Shown piece after piece: positions 12,111-25,129 of a stretch of 64,000 nt of DNA. A program made the position numbers and the translations under genes. Source of the DNA: Gordius albopunctatus (lineage: Eukaryota). Below the pieces are notes generated by a model, which had not been told where the DNA came from, made no database searches, and saw only the letters and a list, made by a program, of their open reading frames with translations. The DNA lies in assembly GCA_964276515.1 (NCBI GenBank), contig OZ193909.1, forward strand, positions 16,740,001 through 16,804,000. The letters run 5' to 3'. Every line of letters starts with the position of its first letter. Position 1 is the first letter of the stretch.

Positions 12111-15100
12111 ACTGTTCCTTTTTTTAAATATACGAATCTCACATTTTATCAAGCCTTGGCTCCGCGGCGACTAGGTCTTGTTAGTTAGCATTACACAACG
12201 TGCCTTAGCATTTATATTGATTTATACCGTCCATTCATATCATGCATTGATAAAATCTTTTATAAATTATCATAGATACAAATATATAGTTTTATCAAAA
12301 GAATTAATATTTGGAAAAACATTTACTACATATCTTTTAAGTTAAACGAGTCTATTATTATTTATTTTGCAAATTGTTGTGTGTTATTGCAAAATTCTGT
12401 TTTTATGGAGAAAAAAATATAAATTGAAGTTTAAAGACTTAAAAGTTTAGTCTGGGCAGAAAATTGCTTTAATAAATTTGTTTGCTTTTATGACTGAGTT
12501 AGTTGAAGTTTTATCTCATTAAAAATGTAAATTTTTAATTACTTTCTCCTGATTAAATTTATTTTTTCAGGTGATTAATTAAAGGCCCTCGTGGGAAGGG
12601 GAAGGGAAGGGGGAACTAAACTCATCTATACTCCGTATAAAAGTAGCATATTTGCTATGCAATTTATGGGCGAGAATAGGGGGGGGGGGTATTAAATGCA
12701 AAATGATTAGTTAATTATTTATAACAATTTTCCATCACTTTGGCCAGTGGTGATCTTTTATAATGGTTAGCAGACAGCCAAATAACTAACCTATAATTAT
12801 AATGAAGAAAAAAATTGATTTTAATCTCACTTTGGCCAATGATCATTTTTTCATTGTAGAGTAGCCAGCGGACCGCCAAAAAGCCATATTATCAATGGTA
12901 TTAACAAGAACAATATATTAATTTAATTTAAAAAAAATAAAAATCTTGTCCTCTCCGGGTATCGAACCAGCAATTAAGAATCTGCCCTCGCCAGGATTCG
13001 AACCCACATCAGTAGAGGCATAGGCTTTTGTAGGAGGGGGGAGCACAGGGACCCATATCAGTAGAGGCATAGGCCCTTGTAAGGGGGGGGCATAGGTAAT
13101 TATCAATGTTAACCTATACGACTTCAAAAACGTAAAAAAGAATTTCGAATCACAATTTGGCCAATGGTCATTTTTTTATTGGTCAGTAGCCAGCGGAGGA
13201 CCAAAAAGCCATATTATCAATGGTATTAACAAGAACAATATATTAATTTAATTTAAAAAAAATTTGTCCTGTCCGGGTATCGAACCAGCAAGTCAGAAAG
13301 TTGAAAGGAAGGACAACGGACGGAGGGACAACAAAAAGCGAGCCCATAAATTGTATAGCAATTAAAAATGTGTTAGCAAGCAGCCCTTCCCTTTTTATAT
13401 ACACTTTAAGTTGCTAAAAGAATTAGTTCCAAGTATATAAAATTTGTTGATTTTTGAAATCCCTATGCCCCTTGTGCTCCAGAAATATCTCATTAAACAA
13501 AAAGAATTGTTTTTTACAACATGGCCCTTTAACAAATAAATGCCCCTAATCAGGGAAGCTCGCTCCCCCAGACATTATATGTCCACCATCTACCTTAATA
13601 TTGGATGATAACATTAATTTTAGCCCTTCTGGTACAGATATTCTTAATCTAATACCTCATCAAACCTACTATACCACAAATGAAAAAAATTACATGACAT
13701 GGAGCAGAGCCTTTTTATCTCAAGCATTCCCACCAACCATATCCAGAATTCGAAGGGGGCCCGGGCGTGCATGCAACAGTTTTTAATAAACTTACTTAAC
13801 AATATTATTTCTCTCCCTCAGAACCTATCCTATTGGGAGAAATTATTTAAATTCTCTTTTTACATTTTATCTATTCCTCAAGAAAAGGAAGCAAATATCA
13901 TTCATAATATTAAACAATTAGTTTTAAATTTTGACAGTCAAAACAGCCCTCCAGCATATAACATGGATAGAAAGGAATCCCAAATATTAACCCATAAACA
14001 AAAAGCGAATAAAATCTCTATAAAAATTCACTCATTCAACATCAAAAGCGCAATGAAATACCTTGAAGAAGACAATTCATTTTTGAATCCTTCACAAAAA
14101 TCATATGAAGAAATGGAGTCTATCGTCTACTTACCGATCGCCCTCGCAACCTTCAGATATTTCTTTTAAGTCATCAGACATTCGAGATGCCATCTTATCC
14201 TTTCCTCTATGGATTCTGCAGGTGGTCTCGACGGCATAAAACTAATTTTTTTAAAAGATCTTATAACAATTGATAATAATAACTCCTCCATCTTATAGAC
14301 TTACTCACCAAATTTTTTAACCTTTTAGTCAATGGGAGTATATCTAAAGAAATAACGCCCATAGTCTTTGGAGCTAAGCTTTTAGCTATTAGGAAGGCCG
14401 ACAATTCAGCCAGGCCTATCGGCGGTGTCTTCCGAAGAATTATTTCTAAATTAATTTTCTCGGCGATCAAACCAATATTGACCCCTACTTTAATTCCGCA
14501 TCCACCAGGCTTCGGGGTCAAAGGAGGGTGCGAGATAGCTACCCATGCCGCACGCTTAACCCTGGAACACCTCCTTCTAGGTGACTCCTTTATAAAACTG
14601 GATTTTAAAAATGCTTTCAAGAGCATTCGCCGCACTGCTTTCATTAATGAATTTATAAATCTATTTCCCCAATACACCAACTACATCATTTTAAGTTACG
14701 GATGTCCTTCGATTTTGAAATTTGGAGAATTCTTCCTTGCATCCGCAGAAGGGATCCAACAAGGCGACCACCTAGGCCCCCCTTTATTCTGCTTGGCTAT
14801 AAATTACCTAATTAACGAAATTAACAAACATTGTAAACTCACCCTTAATGTCTGGTATCTAGATGACGCCACTCTTGTTGGCACCCCTGACAACCTAGTC
14901 CAAGCACTAGAAGTAATACAAGCTTTCTTCCCCACTTTAAACTTATGTTTAAACGCTTCTAAAAGTGAAATATATTCTGACTTGGATACCATTCATCCAA
15001 AGTTTTTTGACTTTGCCAAAATTAAAAAAGACAATATCTATGTTTTAGGCGCACCTATAGGAGGCCCTGAATGCCTCAAAAAAATTTTAGACAAAAATCT

Positions 15101-18100
15101 CTCTTCTTTAAAAACCAAATTAGACATTTTTAAATCTATACCCTCTCATCATTCCTTTTTCATTATAAAAAATTATTACAACATTAGCAAAATTTTATTC
15201 TGCTTCCGCTCCACACAAGCTTTTTTATTTAAAGAAGTTTTACACGACTATGAAAACTTTTTTAAATCCACTCTTGAATCAATTTTAAATATTTCTTTTA
15301 ACACCAATACTTGGCTTCAAGCCACACTTCCCACAAAATCCGGTGGTCTAGGTATTCGCTCACCATCTGCGATTTCCCTAGCCGCGTTTATTTCTTCCTC
15401 TCTATCTTTTAAACATCATATTAACGACCTTGTCCCATTCCCACTTAATCCCTCCATAAATCAAGCCCTATCCTTATGGAATGAGAACGTCAACGTAGGA
15501 GCTAATATACCACAATCATACGCTCAAAAAGATTTGGATGCAAGTTTGGTGTAGCGGTCCGTTGCTTACCTTCTCTCGCCATGCGACGCCAAACAGCATT
15601 GCAATCTTAGGTCATTGCCTTTCGACCAATCAGCCATGAATGGCTTGAAGCTTACCCTAGTAAGTTTTCGGGAATGTCTTTAGAGAACCCTACACTATCC
15701 TACAATATAGCCCTCCGCTTGGGCTGTAAATACACGTCTCCATACCCCTGCCGGCTTTGTAATTCACTTGTAGATGAGGAAGCGCGTCACCCTCTGTATT
15801 GTAAATTTAACAAAAGCCGGTATGGTAGGCACCAAAAAATAAATACACTGCTTCAAGCTGCCCTCAAACGGGCAAAAGTTCCTTCGATCCTTGAACCTTC
15901 AGATCCCTCTCTCGAAGTGCGGATGCGTCCGGACTGTTCGTCACTTATCCCATGGGACAAAGGCCTTTTCCTAAAATGGGACTACATCTGTATTGACATA
16001 TTTTCCCCCTCCAACGATACTCACGACCCCCTAGGATCGGCAGAGCATCGGAAATCCTTAAATTATTCAGCTTTATCCCAAACCTCGATTTTTATTCCTA
16101 TCGTCTCATCGTGCTCAGGATTTGGGAAGAGCGCATTAATTTTTTTTAAAGAACTCAATAAACGCTCGCCCCCTTGTAAAATATCGAATAGTTTTTTACT
16201 ACGACAATCAATTGCCATCGCGATCGCTAAATCTAATTTTTATTCTTTGATAGATTCAATGCCCATTCTCAAAGATGAAGAAACGGATATTGAGTTTTAA
16301 TCATTTTTTTATAAATGTTTTTGTTCTTATATCTTTTTAACAATTCCGCTCAATATTTAATACTTTTTATTTAATAAAGCAAAAAAAAATTGTGATTTGT
16401 TGATTTAGATATTACTAAAAAATGAAACAAAAACTATAGTGAATTTGTCATATCTAATCACAACAGCTTGAATTTATTCTTTATTTAAAATATTTTTCCA
16501 TTAAATATAAAATGGTTTTCTCGCTACCTTTCGTATGAAAATAAAAGAACTCGTTCAAATAACCATTTTAAATTTAATATATATTTAACTCAAGTATATA
16601 TCTGTTTAAATTTTTGCAAAACTTTATGCATCATATATAAGATTTAATTATATTTATTAGCATAAATTAAAAGGAACGACAAACTTAAATTAAATAATAT
16701 TTAGGAGAACTTAACATTAAACAATAAGACTAATATAATAGTTAGTTTTGTATCGTCATAGCCTAAAATCTACAGTAATAAAATGAAGAGATAGTAGAAA
16801 AACACCTTAAAATTTGGTTTAATGAAGTCGTTTACAATCTATCAAACCCCTGATCAAAAGTGTTGGAATGGCCCCCTGTCCGAGTGCCTCTTAAAGTCTC
16901 TTATTAATGGCGCTTCGGCAGAGGAACTTCCAGCGCTTAGGAGCTTAGCTCCACGCTCAGGTCACGAATGACCCGAAGCTTTCCCAAGTCGTAACCTCGG
17001 TCTACTATTATCGAACAACGATATCCGAGGCCTAAGATTATGACAAAATAGTTGCTGAAAAAATTTCTTAACTTTGCAATAATTCCCTAAAATCGAATGG
17101 CCATCATGGTCTACACTGTAATAGCAACAAAGCCCGGTATCTTTGACATACCGTGGTTAACAAACTTATAATATCCCCTCTATTCTTGAACTCAGGCCTC
17201 TGTGAAGATAGCAAACAACCCGTTGGCCAATCTATAGGCGTTTGGGAAAAAGGACTCATTTTAGCATGGAACTATAGATGTACTGACGTATTCGCCCCAT
17301 CTTATCACAACAAATATCCCCTGTCCACTGGAAATTTTCAATTACTCTGAAATTAACAATACTATAATTTTTGGTTCCATTGCGACAACCACCCTAACAA
17401 CCTTTGGCCTCCAAGCCTTACAAATTAAGAAAATAGGGAAAGTTGTAATATAAAAAAACTTCGTAAAAATAGCAAAAAATCACGAAACGTGGAAACGTTT
17501 CTAAAAGCGCGCGTTATATTTATTTAAGTATATGGTGATGTATTACGGTCTCTAGAATATTTATTGGTTACAGATTTATATATTGTAAAAAAAACGGGCG
17601 TAGTTGAGTAAAAAATTGAGACACAAATGACAAAGCAATCATGGAAAAAAGTTTAACGCGAAAAGTAGCACCATAACGATAAATAAGTACAAACAACGCA
17701 GTATAAATAATCCGCTAGATGGCGCCAACCAAATTAAAAAACATGGTTCCCGCTGTCGTAGTGTGATAAAAAGTGTTTACAAACCATCTACAATGCTAAG
17801 GCAATAATCTGGCCAAATTTGGTGGCAATCGGTTGAGAACTTTAAAAGTTATTAGCGTACAAAAAAACGTGACTTAGATTTATATATATATAGATTATTT
17901 GAAAAAATCGTTGAAAAGGATTATTTTTTCATTGTTTTTTAAGCTGCTAAAATAATGAAACATAGCCCCGACAATTTTAAATTTAAAACACTTTACTTTA
18001 CGAAGGAGAAAATCAACTTTTTTATTTCCGTTTTTTCCTTTATCTCACATAAATATTAATAATATATTTTTACAATAATTTTGAGCGATTTCCTTTTCAG

Positions 18101-18523
18101 AGCTACATTCCCCGTGATGAAATTTGATATTATCATAAACCGGTATTAAATTGAAATTTGAGCAAATAATCTATGTTAAACCTTTTTAATGGCGCTGCTC
18201 TTAAAATTATGAAAAATAAAATATTTCAAAATTTATTAATTCGTAACACATCTCGAATTAAAATTAATTCGTCTTAGCCGGTTTAATTTTAGCAACCTTG
18301 CTTTTATTTTTGAACATTGAATTATTCATCTTAATATATCTCCAAAACGGAAAATTGGTTTAGTTTGCTCTTATTAAATTTTAGATACAAGGTTGAAATA
18401 AACAAAATTACAACTTTGTGGAATGAACTTAATTTTTCCGAGAAAAGGCCTCACTTAAATTTAATTGGGGAAAAATCTGTTTTGTTTTATCCTGGTGTTT
18501 ATTTTTGTAAGGCGTTATTTTAG
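12111..18523 (+). CDS. Possible partial orphan gene; candidate exons 12111-12179, 12276-12340, 18101-18142, 18385-18523
   Basis: AG/GT-bounded segments join in phase: TVPFFKYTNLTFYQALAPRRLGL-IQIYSFIKRINIWKNIYYISFK-ATFPVMKFDIIINR-YKVEINKITTLWNELNFSEKRPHLNLIGEKSVLFYPGVYFCKALF*. No start exon found; some donors are weak. Confidence 0.3.
12584..13364 (-). mobile_element. Non-autonomous Helentron/DINE-1-like (HINE) element
   Basis: Subterminal inverted repeat TTGCTATGCAATTTATGGGC / GCCCATAAATTGTATAGCAA, GGAC-type microsatellite near one end, internal tandem duplication; homologous to 37484-38690. Confidence 0.6.
14478..15554 (+). pseudogene. Reverse transcriptase fragment of CRE-like element
   Basis: YLDD catalytic motif; frameshifted from the upstream RT segment and ends in a premature stop. 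Confidence 0.85.
15674..16300 (+). pseudogene. Zn-knuckle/RLE endonuclease fragment of CRE-like element
   Basis: CRLC...HPLYC...RH...PSILEP...RPDC...WDKG..LKWDY. Confidence 0.8.
16850..17440 (+). pseudogene. Older 3' remnant of a CRE-like retroelement (copy at ~25439-26029)
   Basis: Broken frames give EAFPSRNLG, GHHGLHC and VWEKGLILAWNYRCTDVFAPSY, parallel to the RLE region of the neighbouring element. Confidence 0.7.
17480..17894 (-). mobile_element. Possible non-autonomous Helitron fragment
   Basis: Minus strand begins A|TCTATATATATATAAA, resembling a Helitron 5' TC end; no clear 3' hairpin-CTRR. Confidence 0.35.
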
Positions 18524-18690
18524 TTTGTTTTCGTCTTAGATAATTTATGATGCAATTAACTATCATCAATGTACTTAATTTTTCCAAGAAACTACCATAA
18601 ATTTGTGTTTATCAATTACTATTTATATAATAATACAACTCCATAAAACATTTATATCGAATTTTCAACTACTATTTGTACACATTTAAA

Positions 18691-21600
18691 ATGAATTCCC
18701 TATTAATCCTAATGATATTTTACCCTTATGTTAAATCCCTTTGTAAGTGAAATTATTTTAAAATCTTATATATATTATATATTCTTTTACCTTGTATGTT
18801 CCACCTTAATTTTAAGATATAAATGGGCACTACAATAAAGGTAAAAAGTTGATTTCAATTAATATTCATTTATGCCTTTAAGGTTTAACACTATATCACC
18901 ATAGTAATTTCGCCCGATATATGGTAATAGATAGGGTCGGATATACGAACCCTATATTTTATTTAACTATAGAAAATACGACAGATAAAGATTTGGAAGT
19001 AATTTAACATAAACCCTATAAATCAAAGCACACCTGGGCGTAGTGCCCCCCCCTCTAAATCCAAAATTTTGTTGAAATTTATGGAAATTCCAACTAAAAT
19101 TTCAAAAAAAGCTCATTCTGACCGTCCTTAAATCATTATTGCCCTGCCTAAACCATTTTTTCCCCCACCCCCCTCTAATTCCAATGCTGGCTACTACGCC
19201 CATGAAAGCATATATAAATTATTGTATTACATTTTTTATTAAGTGTTTGTGTAAATTATGATGATGACTATAAAATTTGTGTATAGGTACCGGCATTCAA
19301 CGGTATTATTTCCTTGAATCATTATTCAGCAAAACAATTCACAATTATAATTGTCCCTGTTGTTGATGGTAAACCCAGGCTAGATTTAAGAATGTCGACC
19401 AATACCAAAATAAGTAAAAAAACTATCTATCATACAAATAGATATAATAATACTTATTTGTTGGATGTAAAATCGTATTTTATTGCATTCTTTTTTTAAA
19501 ATCTTTTTGTAAATTAACTCGGTAAAGTAATGATGTAACCTCCATGGTTTTCAGGGGGCACAGAGCGTCAGTTGCCCCCTCAAATCCATTTTAAAAAGTA
19601 GTAAGTTGCTTTAAAAATGGCAGAAATCAGATCGTGTTTTTATAAAAGGCACAAACAAATTATGTTAATACACAAACGGAATGCGTTTACAGTGGCGAAA
19701 ATGAGGGGTCTGCTTCTTAATTAATAACTAAATTAAATGGGTTAAAATATTATATTTTAATTACAGCAAAGACTTTAAGACACTTATAAAAACATCGAAA
19801 CATAATATATAATACATCCAATTTTTAGATTTAATTTTTGACAAAATGCGTTGTAAAATTTCCAAATATGATTGTGAAAATTGCTATAAAAAACTTGTTT
19901 GGACATTTATTTCCCTTGAAAACACCAGACAGCCTCAGGAATTAGATAACTAAGCGATTTAATCATTTATCTTATTTGTCTGAAAGTTTCTGCTAGAACC
20001 CATCACGGTTTGATAACTAAATTGCCTGCCAAGGCCAGCCAGAACCCTTTAATTGTCCAATTCACTAATGCTGTCTGAACAGCCGGGCCCAAAATGACGA
20101 TTTTCAATTTCAAGCATTAATTTTGTCTTCTTTTCAAAAAATTTTGATCTGATTCTAGAATTTATATAAATATAGAGGTGACAAAAAATAGTATATTATA
20201 TAAAAAATCGCACTATGGTGCTCACCCAGGCCTACTTAAAAACCTATTTAGAACGGTAGTCTGACCGACCCCTTACTAGTGGTGGGAAAAAGTTAGGCGT
20301 GAGTCACGCCAAGGTCAGGTTAGAGGTTCCTTGAAAACCTCTAACCTCTTTTAAAGCGCTAAAACCTGCCTCAAGGTTAGAGGTCAAAATTAACCTAAAA
20401 ACCTCGAGGTCAATTAGAAGCTTAGAGCTTACGTCAGAGCGTAAAATTAACCTAAACGCTTAGGTTAATAAATATTGACCTAGCCTAAAGGTTTAGATTA
20501 ATTTAACTCACCTAAGGTCAATTTTCTTTTATATACTGTAAAATTTCAATTCAACTGCGGTCTTTTAGCACCTTGTCTGCTATATTTTTTACATATATAA
20601 TAAATAATAGAAATTTTACAATTTATTCCAATTAAAAGTAAGGCAAATTAAACTAAAAATATAATATAATTTTAATCTATTTCAATTCTTTAATTTTTAA
20701 GAAAAAATTGCGATTTGGGTTTTTAATACATATCTACCTCTATCGAGTGTTTTATTTTTAATTGCCACCATTTTGTAACATATTCGTTTTGTGTGCAATG
20801 CCATGTAGCGTGCGTGGCGTGACTGACTGTGACTGATGATAGTTTGCTAATTTTTATTTATTTGCTAAGTATTTAAATTATATGCTAAGCATTATTCAAA
20901 TATATTATGCTAAGTATTTAAATATATGTTAGGTTAATAAATAAAAAATTATCGAAATCATTGCAAATAAAACTTTGCCCTTTTTATCTTTTTTTAATAC
21001 TCACCTGTTTGATTAAAATTTCTAGCTTAAAATTAAAAAAATAAGCATTTTAATTAAAAAACTTAGAAGATCAAAATAAAAACTTATCAATTTAATGAAA
21101 AAAACTAAGAATTTTAAAGTGATGGTAGTCTGTTATGATGATGTTAGTTGCGTCGGGTTAGTTAATAGTGTTGAGTGGGGCCGTGGGGTCACGCTACATG
21201 GCACACAAAAGAAATATGTTACAAAATGGTGGCAATTAAAAATAAAACACTCGATAGAGGTAGGTATGTATTAAAAACACAAATCGCAATTTTTTCTTAA
21301 AAATTAAAGAATTGAAATAGATTAAAATTATATTATATTTTTAGTTTAATTTGCCTTACTTTTAATTGGAATAAATTGTAAAATTTCTATTATTTATTAT
21401 ATATGTAAAAAATATAGCAGACAAGGTGCTAAAAGACCGCAGTTGAATTGAAATTTTACAGTATATAAAAGAAAATTGACCTTAGGTGAATTAAATTAAC
21501 CTAAACCTTTAGGCTAGGTCAATATTTATTAACCTAAGCGTTTAGGTTAATTTTACGCTCTGACCTAAGCTCTAAGCTTCTAATTGACCTCGAGGTTTTT

Positions 21601-22359
21601 AGGTTAATTTTGACCTCTAACCTTGAGGCAGGTTTTAGCGTTTCTAAAGAGGTCAAGGTTTTTTGGAAAGCCTAACCTAACCTCTTAGGTTGCGTCGGCA
21701 AAACCTGAGGTTTTCCCATCACTACCCCTTACCCTAGTGGGCCCAGCAGCGAGCCCGAATTTTTGGTTGTTTAATTTTTGCTTTTAATTACAAATAAAAT
21801 GGAGGGAAATTTTTTTGCCAGATTTCCCACCCCCCTTGTGAAAATCCTCGCTACGCGCCTGGCGTTTTATGATTCATTTTTTTTATTGGTTAAACATTTT
21901 TTTAAATACCCACTCTTTTATTATCATTTTTACATCTATTTGGGGGCATTCAATTAAAAATCTAAAGATACTTCTTAGCATAGCTCATCTACTCAACTAA
22001 TTTAGAAGAAAGGGGTTGTTATTATCTTCTAAATTATATCATTAACCTACAATTTATTTACTAATTTCTAATATACTCAACTAATATTTCACATATAAGC
22101 CCGATAAAAAGACTTATATTACCATCAGTTTTTTAATTGCAAGGTATTTCAGTATCGCACCATAATTTGTATTTTGACCAGAAACCCATTTTTTTATTTA
22201 GGTGCAGATGATTATAAGATTATGAAATGGGAATTAAAGCCCCACAACAAATCACACGCTTATCTTGTAGTGAATCCAAATAACTATTCATCCAAAAGAC
22301 ATCATTCCACCTTTAATTATACAATTATTAATAATTATGGCTACTACAGGACGCACGAG
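18691..22359 (+). CDS. Orphan gene exons 1-5 in duplicate copy 1 (18691-18742, 18817-18840, 18883-18923, 19287-19368, 22202-22359)
   Basis: Same exons as the complete model at 27280-34462. Confidence 0.6.
19033..19204. mobile_element. MITE, CATGGGCGTAGCC family (copy at 27622-27793)
   Basis: CCTGGGCGTAGT ... ACTACGCCCATG; flanks aaagcaca/aaagcata. Confidence 0.75.
20277..21724. mobile_element. Foldback-like hAT non-autonomous element
   Basis: TIR TAGTG(G/A)TGGGAAAA, perfect 8-bp TSD CCCCTTAC, ~450-bp internal inverted arms (~20357-20812 / ~21190-21640). Confidence 0.9.
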
Positions 22360-23972
22360 GTTTATTTTTTTTATCATATAAGAATCTGCATAACATAACA
22401 TTACATATTTAATATTTTCATATTTTTAAGAACTCTGGACAAACTTTATTCAAAATTTAAAACTGCCTAGTGTGCTTTACATTTACTTGAATTTTAAAAA
22501 AGCATGTTTTGTAATTGATTAATTGTATGAATTAGTTACGTGTAACCATCCCAAGCATGCAGACAGACTTTCTACTTGATTGGTTTTAATTTCGGTTGAT
22601 ACTTGACATACACTATTATATCGGCTGTATACATGACAACAGAATAGGTTCAATTTCTCTATTTCCAATAATTTATAAATTAAAAGCTTTATTATTTCCC
22701 TCAAAGCCCACCTAAGCGTCTATGGTGTCCATTCAAATCCCTCCATTTATTAAGAGTTTTCCACTAAGCTTATTAGTACGAAAAAAATAATATTTTAAAA
22801 AATATGGAGTCTTGTTTTAACTATTGGCTCTAGTTTAAATCAATCTAATTCCACCCGGGGCCAATCTTTTTCCACCTCGAAATATTTACTTTCATAAACA
22901 AAGATGAACCTTTATATACGTGTCCGCGAATTAAATAATAATAATTATAGCTACAATTAATGGGCATCTAAAAATAAATACCAGAATCCGATTGGTCTAC
23001 TTTTTAAATAGAATCTATTTTTTTATTTTAATACACAACTAAATCACCGAAATTCGCTCAAGCAAAATTTTACATTGATCACGATGTTCTATTTCATTGG
23101 GCAATGATGAACCGCTGATGAGTCTATAACCGTCATCAACAGGCATTTAGTTTTATTCACTATCATTAACTTGAAACACTATTAATTAAAATTTTTGCTT
23201 CTTTAAATCTTCCGCCAAATTCCTACTTTTTTTGGTCATTTTAACAATAATTTAAGACCTCAATATTTTTAGGCTAGTTAATAACTTTAGCCGCTACAAT
23301 TTAATGCAATAAGAAGACCGTCTGTTCTAGAGATCTGACCGGGCAGGCCCGGCCGCGGATACGGACTGGCTTTTAATCATAAAAATTTGAATGGGCCGGG
23401 CCCGGACGGGCTTAACAATCAATGGAACGGGCTCTGTCGGGCCTGAGATTTTTTAGCGGGCTTGAACGGGCCAGAGATTATATAAACGGCCATGGAATTA
23501 TAAAGTTCCTTAAAAGTCGGACAATTCCATAAATATATGATTTTTATTAAATATATAGATTACTAATATCTCTATTTTTTTAAACTCAAATTTTTGTATA
23601 TCCTGTAGCTTTCCTTCTTTTTCAAGCGCTAAATTTAACTTTAAAACATTTTTATTCTATCTGGTATCTGCTATGGTTTTTGTTTACATAATCTAAGATT
23701 ATAGCTTCGTATAATCTTTTATAAGTAAGTTCAATTTTAAAGTTTAATACTCTCGTGTAATTTTATTAAAGTTTTTTAATTAAATGGTATTACTGAATTC
23801 TAACTTCTTAGGTTTATTAACTTAAATTAATCAAATAAAAGTAAATTGTTGAAAGTGGAATATTCTCATGTAATATTTTATAGTAATCTAATGGTAGTAG
23901 GGGAGACCGGGGCCTAAATAGCCATAAAAAACTCTCTACTACTATTAATCATTTATTATTTTTATAAAGAGA

Positions 23973-24580
23973 CGTGGGCGTAGCCAGGTTTTGGATTAGG
24001 GGGGGAAGGGCAAAACGTAAACTTTTTTTTAATTTTTAAGGGTTTTTGCATTGAAAATTTTTTTTCGCCATTTAGGCTGACCCCCCCCCCGGCCAGAGGT
24101 TTGAACACGCCAAAAATAAAATCGGGTTCGTGTTCGGTTTTGGCATAAATTTTGAAATCGGGTTCGTGTTTGGGTTTAAGGAATTGGGTTCGGGTTCAAG
24201 AAATTATATTACACTAATAATACATTTTTACCTTCAAAAAAATATTGAATAGTTAACTTAATTTTTAAATAGCACCTAATTAAATCAATTATATATATAA
24301 TACTTACAAATAATTCTTGAGATAATTAGTATTGATTAATGAATGAAAAATGGCGGAAACATAAAAATATTGAAATTAAAATCGTATGCTTTTCGTTACA
24401 TTGTCATGATAGAGAAAACTGAGATATTCAATTCACAGTATATTTTTGAATTAAAAATCGGGTTTTAAGGCTATTTTTAAAAATGGGTTCGGGTTCGGGT
24501 TCTGTTATACATTGGGTTTTACCCGGTTCGGGTTCAGGGATTCGGGTTCGGGACAAATCCCCCCCCTGGCTTCGCCCATG
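23973..24580. mobile_element. CATGGGCGTAGCC MITE carrying a nested GGGTTC-repeat element (copy at ~32561-33174)
   Basis: Perfect TSD TAAAGAGA; insert at ~24094-24560 with (GGGTTC)n subterminal repeats sits inside the poly-C tract. Confidence 0.8.
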
Positions 24581-24929
24581 TAAAGAGAATTACATATTTT
24601 GTGAAGGTGAGAGATAAATAAATGTAAAAATTAAGAAGCGTAAATATTGGGAAAACATTTTGCTATGGCTAATGAATTATATATACAGATAGTTATGCCG
24701 ATGTTCTGTCGTATTATAAAAAACGATTCGCGATTATCATGGGATAGTAATGAGATTTGTTTCCCTATTTTTGTTGAAAAGTTGTATGAAAATACCTGCC
24801 AGCGCCATTTATATAAATATAAAACTGCTCATTAATCATTGAAAAATAACTTGAAGTCTAATAAATTAAATTAATTGTTACATGATTCTCTAATTCAGTT
24901 AGTATCCGGCATAGGGTTAAAATCATAAA

Positions 24930-25129
24930 NNNNNNNNNNNNNNNNNNNNNNNNNNNNNNNNNNNNNNNNNNNNNNNNNNNNNNNNNNNNNNNNNNNNNNN
25001 NNNNNNNNNNNNNNNNNNNNNNNNNNNNNNNNNNNNNNNNNNNNNNNNNNNNNNNNNNNNNNNNNNNNNNNNNNNNNNNNNNNNNNNNNNNNNNNNNNNN
25101 NNNNNNNNNNNNNNNNNNNNNNNNNNNNN
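24930..25129. other. Assembly gap (200 N)
   Basis: Run of N of round length. Confidence 0.99.

Larger units (their letters stand above)
13454..16389 (+). mobile_element. Degenerate CRE-clade non-LTR retrotransposon (RT plus restriction-like endonuclease)
   Basis: RPIGG, KLDFKNAF, GIQQGDHLGP, WYLDD and LPTKSGGLG RT motifs. The C-terminal CxxC..H..C, RH and RPD...WD motifs indicate an RLE. 3' AATAAA plus A9 tail; the ORF is broken by frameshifts/stops. The 5' boundary is inferred. Confidence 0.88.
16541..24929 (+). repeat. ~8.4-kb duplicated segment, copy 1 (copy 2 at 25130-33526)
   Basis: Near-identical sequence and ORF track at offset 8588-8597, separated only by the N gap. Confidence 0.97.

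Noticed and set aside
12940..13010. tRNA gene
   Set aside because: Only a T-arm/B-box-like motif within a repeat; no cloverleaf can be built.
14261..14680. Minus-strand 139-aa ORF
   Set aside because: Antisense shadow of the RT region.
21590..21690. TTAGG/CCTAA telomere-like motifs
   Set aside because: Scattered subterminal motifs of the foldback element, not a tandem array.
24120..24555. GGGTTC repeats as a CRISPR-like array
   Set aside because: Short irregular subterminal transposon repeats; no constant repeat-spacer period, and the context is eukaryotic.
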